Part shown: positions 26,318 through 37,305 of the stretch, piece after piece
Layout of the letters: each line of letters opens with the position of its first letter
Position numbering within the stretch: the stretch's first letter is position 1
Assembly: GCF_009834535.1 (NCBI RefSeq)
Contig: NC_045696.1
Coordinates: forward strand, 48,176,001-48,240,000
Length of the DNA: 64,000 bases
Reading direction: 5' to 3'
DNA from: Camelus ferus
Taxonomy: Eukaryota
Notes under the pieces: generated by a model
What the model saw: the letters and a program-made list of their open reading frames with translations, nothing else
Told to the model about the DNA's origin: nothing
The model's database searches: none
Position numbers and translations under genes: made by a program

Positions 26318-27559
26318 ATTACTTTTTTGCCCAAATGAGTGTGAACTTTTGTGAAATAAATTTCTCTGTATGCTGATATAATGATAATGTTTCTCGTAAC
26401 ATAAATAATAATTGTAAATACTTCCCAAATAATTGCCTGTAAGGGATTAGGCAATTCTAAACACTTTATGTGATAACTCATTTAATCTCTACAATAGACT
26501 AATGTAAGAAATATTATTGTTTTTCTCATTTTATTAATGAGAAGGCTGAAGCATAAAGCAGTTTTAGAGCATTTATGAGCATTATACTATGCTACTTCTC
26601 AATAATGAAAAATAATATAGTAATCACTAAGCATGGAAATCATAGCACACTTGATCCCCCAGTTGGGCCAGGACAAGGATTTTTGCTTGTGACGTCCTTC
26701 CCCGTTTTGTTCTTGGTTCACGAAGGCTCTGTCTTACCGTGTAACATGGATAGCAGTCACACATGCCAAAACTGGCTGGCCGGGAACCAGAGGTGAGGTA
26801 AAGCCCTCGGAATTACCTCCATTTTTATTCCAGGGTCTGGATATATGACTCTCTGATGTCTAAGTTATAGATAAAATACAGCAAAATGCCACAAGTCTGC
26901 AGTCTTAGGTTTTACTTAATGGGCCTAGATTTGGTTCTGTAATAAAAATAGCCCCTGACCTAGCTCCATAAGGGTGTGACCTTCTTTTTTTGAAGTCTTT
27001 TGAAGTCTTATTCCTTGGCTTTCAGATCCGTCTTCCCTTGCTTAGTTGGTTTGGTGGTTTCTTATACTCTCTAGGTTTTGGGTTTCTTTGCTGAGAATCA
27101 GTGAGTCAGAGTCTAGAAGAGATTAATTAGGACTCAGTTCCTTCCTCTAGTCACTACAGGACAGAGCTCCATCCTGGTCTCTGGCCCCTGTGGAGGAAGG
27201 GCTGGGCTGTGCCAGCTTATGCTAGAGCTTGGGACAAACTGAAGAACTGAGCATGGTGGTGAGTCACGTTGACCAGAGACCGAACCAAGGATGAACTTTC
27301 TCAGGGGGAGGGCTCATTGTCTGCAAAGTGAAAAAGCAATAAAATCAAAACTTTTTAAATAGAGTTGGCAGTTATGTGAAAACACCGTCAGGTATAAATA
27401 ATAGGCAAATAGTGTGTATTTCTATATTAATATTATTATTTTATGATTTTACTTCTTTGATGTCACCTGGTGGTGGCATATGTAAGTCATTGGACCCTGG
27501 CTGCATGGCAGAGCTACTGGGAGGCACCTAAGTAATGAGCTCCGGCTCTGCTAGATCAG

Positions 27560-27655
27560 TCAAGTCAGTAGCCCTGGAGCTGAGGCCCAAGTATTAGTAG
27601 CTTTTGGAAACTTTTCAGGTGATTCTAATGTAAATTTAGGAATGGGGACCAGTGA
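27560..27655. mobile_element. MER5-like hAT fragment
   Basis: caggtgattctaatgt...gggaccagtg. Confidence 0.5.
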
Positions 27656-27879
27656 GTTATAGTAAGAGACGTCAAAGTTATGCAACTACCAGATGCATAG
27701 AAGTAAAACTGAAAAACAGTGGATGAAATAAGATAGAAGCTTATTTCTTTCTCTTAAAAGAAGTCTGGAGGTAGGCAGTCCGGGGCTGGCATGGTAGCTC
27801 TGTGGTATTACCAGGTATTTAAGATCATATAATCTCTTTTTCAGCATATGGATTCATTCATAAGGTCACCTCATAGAAA

Positions 27880-30060
27880 GACTTATTATTTATTTAACAA
27901 ATACTTATTGGGCACCTACCCTGTGGCAGGAGTTGTTCTAAAATCTGATCGCATTTTAGGTAGTACAGCTACAAAATACCTTGCTGAGAAGGTGACATAT
28001 GAGTAAAAAACTAAAGGACAAACATCAAGGAGTAAGTCATGTAGATATTTGAAGCAGAAGTGTTTCAAGCAGAGGGAAGAGGCATCAAAGTCCTTAAGGC
28101 AGGATTGGGTCTGATGTATGTATTTGAGAAAAAGCAAAGCAGGGAATGTGCACAGAGCTGAATGAGCACGTGGTTAAGCAGGATGTGAGAGAGACTGTGG
28201 GTGGGTTAACATACTGAGTAGGCTTTATAGACTACTATAAAGATTTTCAGTTCAGTCTGAGGGCAGGGGGTGGGGATGTTGAGCAAAGACATGGCATGAT
28301 ATGATTTGTGCTATAGTTTCATCAAGATCACTTCTTCTTGCTGTGCTAGAGAACAGACCTAATTAACCGGTGGAAAGAAGGAGACCAGTCAGGATGAGAG
28401 ATGATGGTGGCTTTGACCAGGATGGTAGTTGTAAGTTTGATAAGAAGTAGATTGATTTCAGATTTAATTTGAAGATAGAGGCAACAGCGTTTGTTAACAT
28501 AATGAGCGTGGCATGAGAGCAGAAGACAGGGGTCAGGATGGCTACAAAGGTTTTGGGCTGATGAACTGTAAGAATGGAGTTGCCACTTACTGGGATGGGG
28601 AAGACCTGAAAGAGGAGAAAGTTTGGGTCAAAACCGGGAGTTTGGACATTTCAAGTTAAAATGTCTGTTAAATATTTGGCTTCACTTTGCTTCTGAGTTT
28701 TTCCCACCTGCACCTCAAATAGTAGTGTGTTGCCCAGCAAGTCCAGACTAGTTCTGGCTCTCTCTACCATTCAGTCAGCTGAACCACACCTTCTCCAACA
28801 AAGTCTGAACCCCTTCCAACTTTACCTTTTCTTGGTAGATACCCTTCCTTATTCTTAGGGTACCATAAATGTCATAGTTTCTCTTTTATAATCGCTCATA
28901 ATTCTTTATTTTAAACTTCCCCGTTAACCTGCTGCATGGCTTCTCTCTTCTGGTTGGACACAGACTGATCTAACCTCCAAGTGGAGAGGCGTGGACACAA
29001 TTGATTGTCCACATTCGGAGCTCACAAGAGAGGTCCAGGATGAGGATACAAATTTGGAAGCATAAACATAGATAATGGTAAAAGCCATGAGACTGGAGTA
29101 GGTCTTGAGGGGAATTAATATAGAGATAAAAGATACAAGACTGTACCTTGGTCCAAAATTTAGAGGAAGAGACAGGCTGAGAAGGAGTCCTAAGGGGGAG
29201 GAGAGAGCGAAGGAGGAAAGCAGGGAAGGATGGATGGGGAGAGAGACACAGATAGAGATATGAAGAAAGAAAGAGAGAAAGGAAGGGAGAAAGAAAGAAA
29301 GAAAGAAAAAGAGAGAGAAAGAAAGAAAAAGAAAGAATCGAAGAAATGAAGAAAGAGAGATAGATGAATGCCGGAGGAGAATATGATCAACTATGTTGAA
29401 TGTAGCTGGTTGGTCAATTAGAAAAATGAACGAGAATTGGCCATTGGATTAGTCAGTGTGAAGGTCTCTGGTGATAACGATAGTTTTGGTAGAGTGGAGG
29501 GAGTTAAATTCTAATTGGAGAGGGTTTATGGGAGAATGTGACAATGAAATTATAGACAATGAGTACAGAACTCTTTTAAAGAGTTTTTCTTTGAATCAAA
29601 GGAAAAGTATAGATTAATGGAGGAGAGTGTGGGGTCAAGGGGAGGCTTATCTTCTTTTAAGTAATAAATGAAGATACAATATTTTTAATGCTAATAGGGA
29701 ATTTCCAGTAGGAGAAAAAAATGATGTTGGATGAAAGAAAGGGAAGAACTCCTGGATTGAGGAGCAATGTTTGGAGAAAAGAGAGGGGATGGAATCCAGT
29801 TCCCAGTGGTAAGGCTTTTCCATAGTCACAGAAGAGAAGACGAAATAGCTTGGGACAAATGCTACTGCATAAGCAGATATGGTGGTGGAAGAATGTAGAA
29901 TTATTCTTTTGATTAAATCTATGTTGTTAGTGAAATAAGAAATAAGACATTAGCTGAGATTAAAGATGAGAGAGGAGGTGTTATAGGCTTGAGAAGAGAG
30001 AAGATACGACATAATTTACAAATGAGTAGAAGACTGCCTTAACTAAAGAAATGCACAACT
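27880..30060 (-). mobile_element. L2 LINE (3' ~2 kb), interrupted
   Basis: 3' end tatttaacaaatacttattgggcaccta; aggatgagagatgatggtggctt; gagaattggccattggattag. Confidence 0.85.
29190..29370. repeat. Polypurine (GGAA/GA/GAAA)n tract
   Basis: Almost purely A/G for ~180 bp. Confidence 0.9.
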
Positions 30061-30283
30061 TGCAGGTAAATTTGAGTTAGCAGGAGGAGCTAAATGGAGG
30101 AGCTGAAGGGCAGCTGGCAGAATAGAAAGCACCAGAAATCTGTCTCCCCACACAGACAGCAATTATACTGGCAGAATCTATTTGATGTTCTCATTTTGGC
30201 CCTCTGGAGTCTATTGAGGGCCTATGACTTCCAGGAGATGGCTTGTACAGCAAATTGTGGTTAACTTAAGTCAACTTCAGCTC

Positions 30284-30500
30284 TGTAACAGGAAATTGTT
30301 TTGGACAATACTGAAAAAAAAAACTAGATCAAGGCAGTATTTCTTACAACTTTTCAAAGCTGTGCGATGATTTAAAATCCGTTATTTATAGGGAGAAGTC
30401 CCTGGCTTTAAAATTAATTTTGGTATTATATGATTTTTACTTAAAAGTAACTTTTCCTGATTTCAAAAATATTAAAAGCATATTAAAATTCAAAAAAGCA
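30284..30500 (+). pseudogene. Putative 5'-truncated retrocopy of an unidentified mRNA 3' end
   Basis: Non-repeat-like insert between duplicated cttcagctc; ATTAAA at 30471 and 30482; short A-tail. Confidence 0.5.
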
Positions 30501-30604
30501 AGCTTCAGCTCCTAGTTTAGTAGTAGCTACCCATCCCTCACCCCCAACCCCATGGCAGGCAGTTGGGCACAAATTTCTGGAGCAACTTACATGCCACTGT
30601 ATTA

Positions 30605-31075
30605 GCGCAGCCACGGTAGAAAGCAGAGTGGAGGTTCCTCAAAAAACTAAAAACAGAACGGGTAGTTCCACTCCTGGCTATATGTCCAAAGAAAATGAAA
30701 ACACTAATTTGAAAAGATACATGTATCCCAATGTTCACAGCAGCATTATTTATAATAGCCAAAATATGGAAGCAACTTAAGTGTCCATCAAGATGAATGG
30801 GTAAAGTAGTCAAAACAGAAATGGACTGACAGATATAGAGAACAAACTATTGGTCACCAGTGGGAAGAAGGAAATGGGGAGGGACAAGATTGGGTAGGCA
30901 ATTAAGAGATATGTACTACTGTGTATAAAATAAATAAATGACAAGGATATGTTGTATAGCACAGGGAACACAGTCAGTGTTTTAAATGGAGTATAATCTA
31001 CCAAAATACAAAATCATAGAATCACTGTGTTGTACACCTGAAACTAATATAATACTATATATAAATCAGCTATAA
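30605..31075 (+). mobile_element. Younger cetartiodactyl L1 3' end nested in older L1
   Basis: ggaggttcctcaaaaaactaaaa...atcactgtgttgtacacctgaaactaat. Confidence 0.85.
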
Positions 31076-32739
31076 ATATCCTGTGACATTAAAAACATGT
31101 CACAAAATTCAGAAACACCAAAATATTAGTATTCCTTATCCCAGATAGGTGAACTATCAGAGAGATTTACATCTCTTTTTTTTTTTTATTCTTAATGACA
31201 AATATGCAAATAATGAATACTTTTTAAAAGAAATTTTAAAAAAAGAACTAAAAAGAAATTCTGGAGCAGAAAATTATAATAACTGAAATGAAACTTTCCA
31301 TAGAGGGATTCATAAGCAGATATGAGCAGCCAGAAGAATCAGAGAACTTGATAATAGGATGGACAGTTGAAATGATCAAGTCTGAGGTGCAGAGAGAAAA
31401 GAGATTGAAGAAAGGTGAACAGAACCTTAAAGAACTTTTGGGATACCATCAAGCAGACCAACATGCAGTTTGTGAGAGTCCCAGAAGGAGAAAGAGAGAA
31501 ATAGGAAGAGAAAAAATAATGTCCCCAAACTTGCAAAATTTCATAAAATATGTGAATATAAGCATCCAAGGAACTCAGGAAACTCTGAGCAGGGTAAATT
31601 CAAAGAGCCCTACACTGAAGCACATTGTAATCAAACAACTGCTAGCCTAAGCCAAAGAGAATCTTGAAAGCCACAAGAGAGAAGTGGCTCATTACATACA
31701 GCAGAATCCCCAGTAAGGTTATCAGCTGATTCTTATCAGAAAGTTTGGAGGCCAGATGGCAGTGCATTGATATATTTAAATTGCAGAAGGATGAAAAATG
31801 TCAACCAAGAGTCCAGCAAAACTATCCCTCGAACATGAGGGAGAAATTAAGACATTCCCAGATAAAGGCTCAAGGAGTTCATTACCACTAGACCTGACCT
31901 GCGAGAAATGCTAAAGGAAGGTCTTCAGTCTGAGATGAAAGGATGCTAGACAGTAACTCAATTTTGTGTGGAAAAAAGTAAAGATCTTGGTAAATGTGTT
32001 TACATGGACAATTAAATATGCTAATATTACTGTAATTTGGTTTACAGCTGTATTGTTAAATTTCTAAATTATTTAAGAAACTAATGAATAAAAATAATAA
32101 TTGTTAGTTTATGTTTTTGGACACACAGTGTGTAAAGATGTGGTTTGTGACATTAGTAACAGAAAGAGGGTAGGGATAGAGTTGTATAGGAGTAGGGTTT
32201 TTGTGTGTTATTGAAGTTAAGATGGTATAAACTCAAATTAGAATATTATAACTTTAGAATGTTAAATATAATCCCCATGATAACTATAGATACAGAAAGT
32301 AGAATAGTGGTTGCCTGGGACTGGGGAGGGTGGAGAATGGGGAATTATCATTTAGTGGGTAGAGAATTTCAGTTTTGCAAATTGAAAACAATTCTGGAAA
32401 TGGATGGTGATATGTTGGTTGTACAACAGTGTGAATGTACTTAATGCCACTGAACTGTACTCTCAAAAATGGTTAAAATGGTAAATTTTATATTATGTAT
32501 ATTTTACCCCAACTTAAAAAATAAAATTTAAAATGGATTTGATAGTCATGAATTTAAGATAACATTATGGTTTTGTGTCTTTTCTGTACTCCAACTTACC
32601 TGTGTGGATGCAGGCACAGATTCAGTGAAGATCTGAGTTTCTCAAGGTTGTAAGACAATAAAGGTTATGTGAGAAAGGGGTCAAAGAGTTAAAAGACTAT
32701 ACAAAGGATGACATTAATGACCGATTGTGGAATGTAAGC

Positions 32740-33030
32740 TGATCACTGAAACTCTAGCTGTTAAGATCAGATTGGTAGCAGGAGGAAGGAGGAAACAACA
32801 AAGGGGTCCTGACCCTAATGAGTCAACTTCCTTTAAGCCGTCTTCCTGGAAGTCCCAAATACTTACATTTTAGAGGCCAGACTTAAGTTATGTGCTATAC
32901 GTGGCTGTGGGGGATCCTGGAAAATACATTTTTTATTCTGAGGAACAATGTGTCCTGCTAAAAACCATGTTGTTTACTAGGAAGAAGGAGAGAATGTATG
33001 CAGAAAGCAACGAGCCTCCTCTGTCACAGT
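32740..33030 (-). mobile_element. Old MLT1 (K/L-like) LTR fragment
   Basis: ttcctggaagtccca...ggccagacttaagttatgtg...ctctgtcaca. Confidence 0.55.
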
Positions 33031-35814
33031 TTGAGGTAGCATCCTGCTTAATGAGTCTCTTTGGGGAAGAGAATTACAGGGGGAAGGGGATATTCTCCTT
33101 TCATCAAAGCTAGGCACAAGGCCATCAGGGCAAAACGTGTGACTTATAGTTTTACAACAGTATGTTTTTTGCTCATCGATTCATCATCTTCTTCTCCCTC
33201 AGGCATACTTATCTTTCAAGTCATAAGAATCTTCATATATTTCTTATCTCTTCACTTACAGAAGCTTCTTTCAGGAAAAGATCTGATAAACCCAATTCCA
33301 TTATAGTTTAAATGACTGATAAAGTTTAGAGTCACTCATCTAAACAGTGGAAACACTTTTAAAGGGGATGAAACCTTAAGCCTAAAAGGTATGACATCTC
33401 ATTGGAGTGGGTCTCAAGCTTAGGAAGTAGAAACAGTTTTACGGATATGGGGAGCTTCCTGTAACCTCTGTAATGATGCCACCTTGGCCATCCCCTATCT
33501 GAATGCTCCTAGGGATATCACTGGCCAGAGCTACATGGTTCAGTCTTTCAGACTGTTAATCTGGCAGCAACTACATTCAGTCTGAGACCAAATAAAAAGG
33601 AGCATTTTGCAATTGGATTGAATAAAGGTTAATGGTATAAAAGATTCAGAAATCACAGATAGCCTTGGGACTCTGACTTCTCACAACTCAATCAGTGAAT
33701 GCTGGGAAGTTGAGTTAACCTCATGACATCCAGCAGAATTGGCTGAAGATACGTTTTTGCTTGTGACAGAAGCACATTTCCTTTTCTGCTCATTGAATAG
33801 TCAAATCGAATTGACTGATGGTTTGTCACATGCCACCAAGAGATATCTTAGTTAGCACATCTGATAGTCTACAGAATAGGAATGCCGCTTAACATGAATT
33901 TTATTGCATCTCAGCACCTGCTCCAGCCAACAGTTATTACTATCTAGAGGAGGCTGTGCTCAGATTATCATTATTCCTGTATCTTTGCATTTGTATTCTG
34001 CAGACCATTGTGTAAGGTAAAATTGATGAATGGAGGCACTGATTGTGAACGGCAGAAACCTCTGGCTGCAAGTCCTTTGTAAGCCTGGAATATTAGGAAG
34101 GTCGGGAGGGGGAGTTGTTTTTATAATTGGAATTGCTGTCTGGATACACTAGCCTTTCTCTCTCTTCTCTCTGATTTAGCCTCCTTCCCCCACCTTCCCT
34201 CCCCACCATCTTTGTCTGTCTCTCTGCTCCACTAACATACATCTAGGTGTTTTATTTTAATGAGACAGGGAAAAATATGTAATAACCAGGACAAAAACTG
34301 TTAGACCAAAAATCCAAATCTTTGATCAGTAGGGTAAGTGCTGGAATTGTAAAATTCCATGTATTAGATAGAGATAGGGATAATCGTTCACGTAGCCAGA
34401 ACAATCCTTGAGATACTGAAAGGCCGCCTTCCCAAGTGGTACACATCTGCTATCCCAAGCCCTTTGAATACACCCTTGCCACAGAGTCCCTTGGTAGGTC
34501 CTTAAGGGTCCTAAGACCCTTAAGATTGCCTTCTCTGCCTAGAAACTGAAGAGTTAGACTTTGTCATGGCAGGGAGCCCTCAGGAAGCAGCTTCTGGTGT
34601 CTAATCTGACTGTTATAAATCCATGTCACATCGCTTGTTAACTGCTAGAATTTTTAACCACTAGAACGCCCTCCAAAGTCTCGAACAGAGGAGGCTGCTG
34701 TGGGATAGGAAAAATGAAATGAATTTCTCCTATGTAATGCACTGGCTTTTTGTTTTCCAGTGCAAAACTGGGCACTTAGCTCTCTTGGGCCTTTGGTGAG
34801 GAGCTGAATCATTATTCTTTCACTTCTCAAGCTGTCTCTTTTTAGGCAGTGAATATCCACTCTGTCTGAGTACATGAGATAAAGCAAAAGGACATGCTGA
34901 ATCCATAGGTCAGGGATGGCTGCAGATCATCTTGTGGAGCCTGTAGTAACCCTGGCACTCTTGGCTCATTAATCTGTGAAATGGATTTACTACTACATAT
35001 CATTATTTGTAGGTATCCTTTTATCGAGAAGGTCCTGTGAGGTTCCAGAGGGATTCAATTTTGCCTTTTGGATATTTCTTTCCTCCAAAATTCAATAGGT
35101 ATACAGATGCATCCTTTCTGTTTAGCAAGATTCATGTCTTTTCAGTCTCAGTTAACAATGGTGTTCTTGACAGAAACTGCATCCTCTGCCACGTTCGTTA
35201 TAATATGCATTTCTTTGAACCATTTGTATGTTGTGTGTGAATGGGTCTGTGCAGATTAAAATAGCACTGAGAGAGCCAATTTAAGCCTTGGGATGAGTGA
35301 GGGGAGCATTAGAGACATTCTGGCACACACACCCCTCGTAAATACCTGTTGTTAAGGTTGTTAAGTTTGCAGTGGCTGTGATGGAATGTGCAGCTCTGCC
35401 ACTTTACCCTCGTTAGTGCAGAAGTAAATTGTCAGGGCTCTCACACAGCTCCGAGGGGATTAAAGGAGAGGGAATGGAAAATGCTTTCTGAAATCTGATA
35501 GCTACACCCTGGTACCCTGAGTTGTAAAGATACCAGTAAAAAAGGCTAACAACTTTGCTGATTTTACCCTTGTATGCTAATTAAATACACTCAATTGTTT
35601 AGTGAAAGGAAATCAGGATGGCTTTTAGTATGTTCAAAATGGGTTAGTACTAGAAACAAGTCTTCTATAAATAGTTCATGGATAAGATATGGTAAATGAT
35701 GGGAAATTGCTGAAGATGAGTCTCATGATGTTATGCTGGTAATTAAATATCCATTTTTCCCCCCAAATTTGTATTAAGTAACAAATATATTAACCTGATA
35801 TGCTCATCTGTTAG

Positions 35815-35945
35815 AGCAGTGTTTTTCAACTTTGTAGGGACATTCGAATCTCTGGGGAGCCTTACGTCCTACCCAAAGAGATTCTGATTTATTTGGTCTG
35901 TGGTGTGATCTGGGCATCAGAATTTAAAAAATCTCCCTGGGGAAT
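35815..35945. mobile_element. MER5A-like hAT MITE (split by L1; remainder ~36472-36495)
   Basis: cagtgtttttcaactt...agagattctgatttatttggtctg; gtgagaacca after the L1. Confidence 0.7.
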
Positions 35946-35949
35946 TAAA

Positions 35950-36470
35950 ATTTTTTTCTACCTTTATTGAGATATAATTGACAAATGAAACTGCGATATA
36001 CTTAAAGTACAGTGTGATGATTGGAGATACATATAGACTGAAAGGATTCGCAAGACCAAATTAATTAATACATCTGTCACCTCACATACTTTGTTTGTTT
36101 TTTGGTTTTGTTGTTTATTATTATTATTATTATTATTTTTTTTTTTTGGTGAGAACACTGAAAATCTACTCTCTTAGTAAAGTTCAGTTATAAAATGACA
36201 GTGTTATCAACTATAATCACCATGCTATATACATCAGCTCCTCAGAATTTATGCATCTTATAACTGACAGTTTATATGCTTTTACCAACCTCTCTCCATT
36301 TTCCCCAACATCCAGCCCCCAGCAACGACCATTCTGTTTTCTATTTCTATGAATTCAACTTTTATTTTTTACATTCCCCATTTAATAAGCAATACTGTGT
36401 AGTATTTGTCTTTCTGTGTCTGGCTTATTTTACTTAGTGTAATGACCTTGAAGTTCATCCGTGTTGTTGA
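35950..36470 (-). mobile_element. L1MA9/10-type 3' end with internal (TTA)n
   Basis: ggtgagaacactgaaaatctactctcttag...aactataatcaccatgct. Confidence 0.85.
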
Positions 36471-37305
36471 GAACCCCAGGGTGAGAACCATTTTAAACCC
36501 TTTAGTTTAGAATAAGGTGCCTTATTGACACGAATGCTTTAAAAAAGTAAGAAATCATTTACTGATAGCTATATATTGTGAATATACATGTATTTTTTAA
36601 ACTATAGTGGCTCAGAAAATAACTATTTAAAACTTTTAAGACTTAGAAACATTTGAATTCAGAGATTTAATTTTTAATGGAATCTATCTAGAAATATTTT
36701 CATAGCTTAGTATAAAATTATAATGTATAAATTTTATAGGAATTCAAAACTCTATATATTTTGGATTTTACAGTATCTTTATGGAAGCAAAATTTCTGAG
36801 CACACGTAGTTAATGGTTTTAATGAGAGATGTTTTCCTGCAGGTACTTAGCAAGAGCAAAGATATTTCTATGTAACAAAGTAATATTTACTTCTCACTAG
36901 AGGAAAGAGACAATAATCTAGATTTATTGAAGATAACAGCAAATGAATGCTGATGAAGGTTTGACTGATTTGATTATAGTTAATTAAGAGCAGTTTTTCT
37001 GAGATTCCAACCTGCTCTATATCAGAGGTAATGGAGATCATTTTGACACATCAAAGTCTGTGAGTTGAGTGAAGTCTTTAAGAACTTTGAGGTCAGAGTA
37101 AGGCTTTGATGTAATTATTTATCATTTGCTTGGCTACTGGCATAAAGAATAAAGACACTTCATTAGTAACTTAAAATGCTATTGGTGAGGCCTGTTTAAA
37201 GTGCCCATTAAAAAGCATTGTAATTGTTTTTTCTTTTTCCAGAAACAAAATCAACTTTCTAACCAGTCTTTTCTAAATCTGAGTTGGAAAAAATGTGAGT
37301 ATTTA

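Larger units (their letters stand above)
30080..32530 (+). mobile_element. Old L1 (L1MB/MC-type): 5'UTR, ORF1 remnant and 3' end, no ORF2; two nested insertions
   Basis: ORF 31288-31650 (MKLSIEGFISRYEQPEE...KSEVQREKRLKKGEQNLKEL) matches the ORF1p coiled coil; 3' end aatgtacttaatgccactgaactgtac...aaaatggtaaattttat. Confidence 0.8.

Noticed and set aside
31082..31104. 8-bp inverted repeat tgtgacat/atgtcaca
   Set aside because: Within chance expectation; no supporting context
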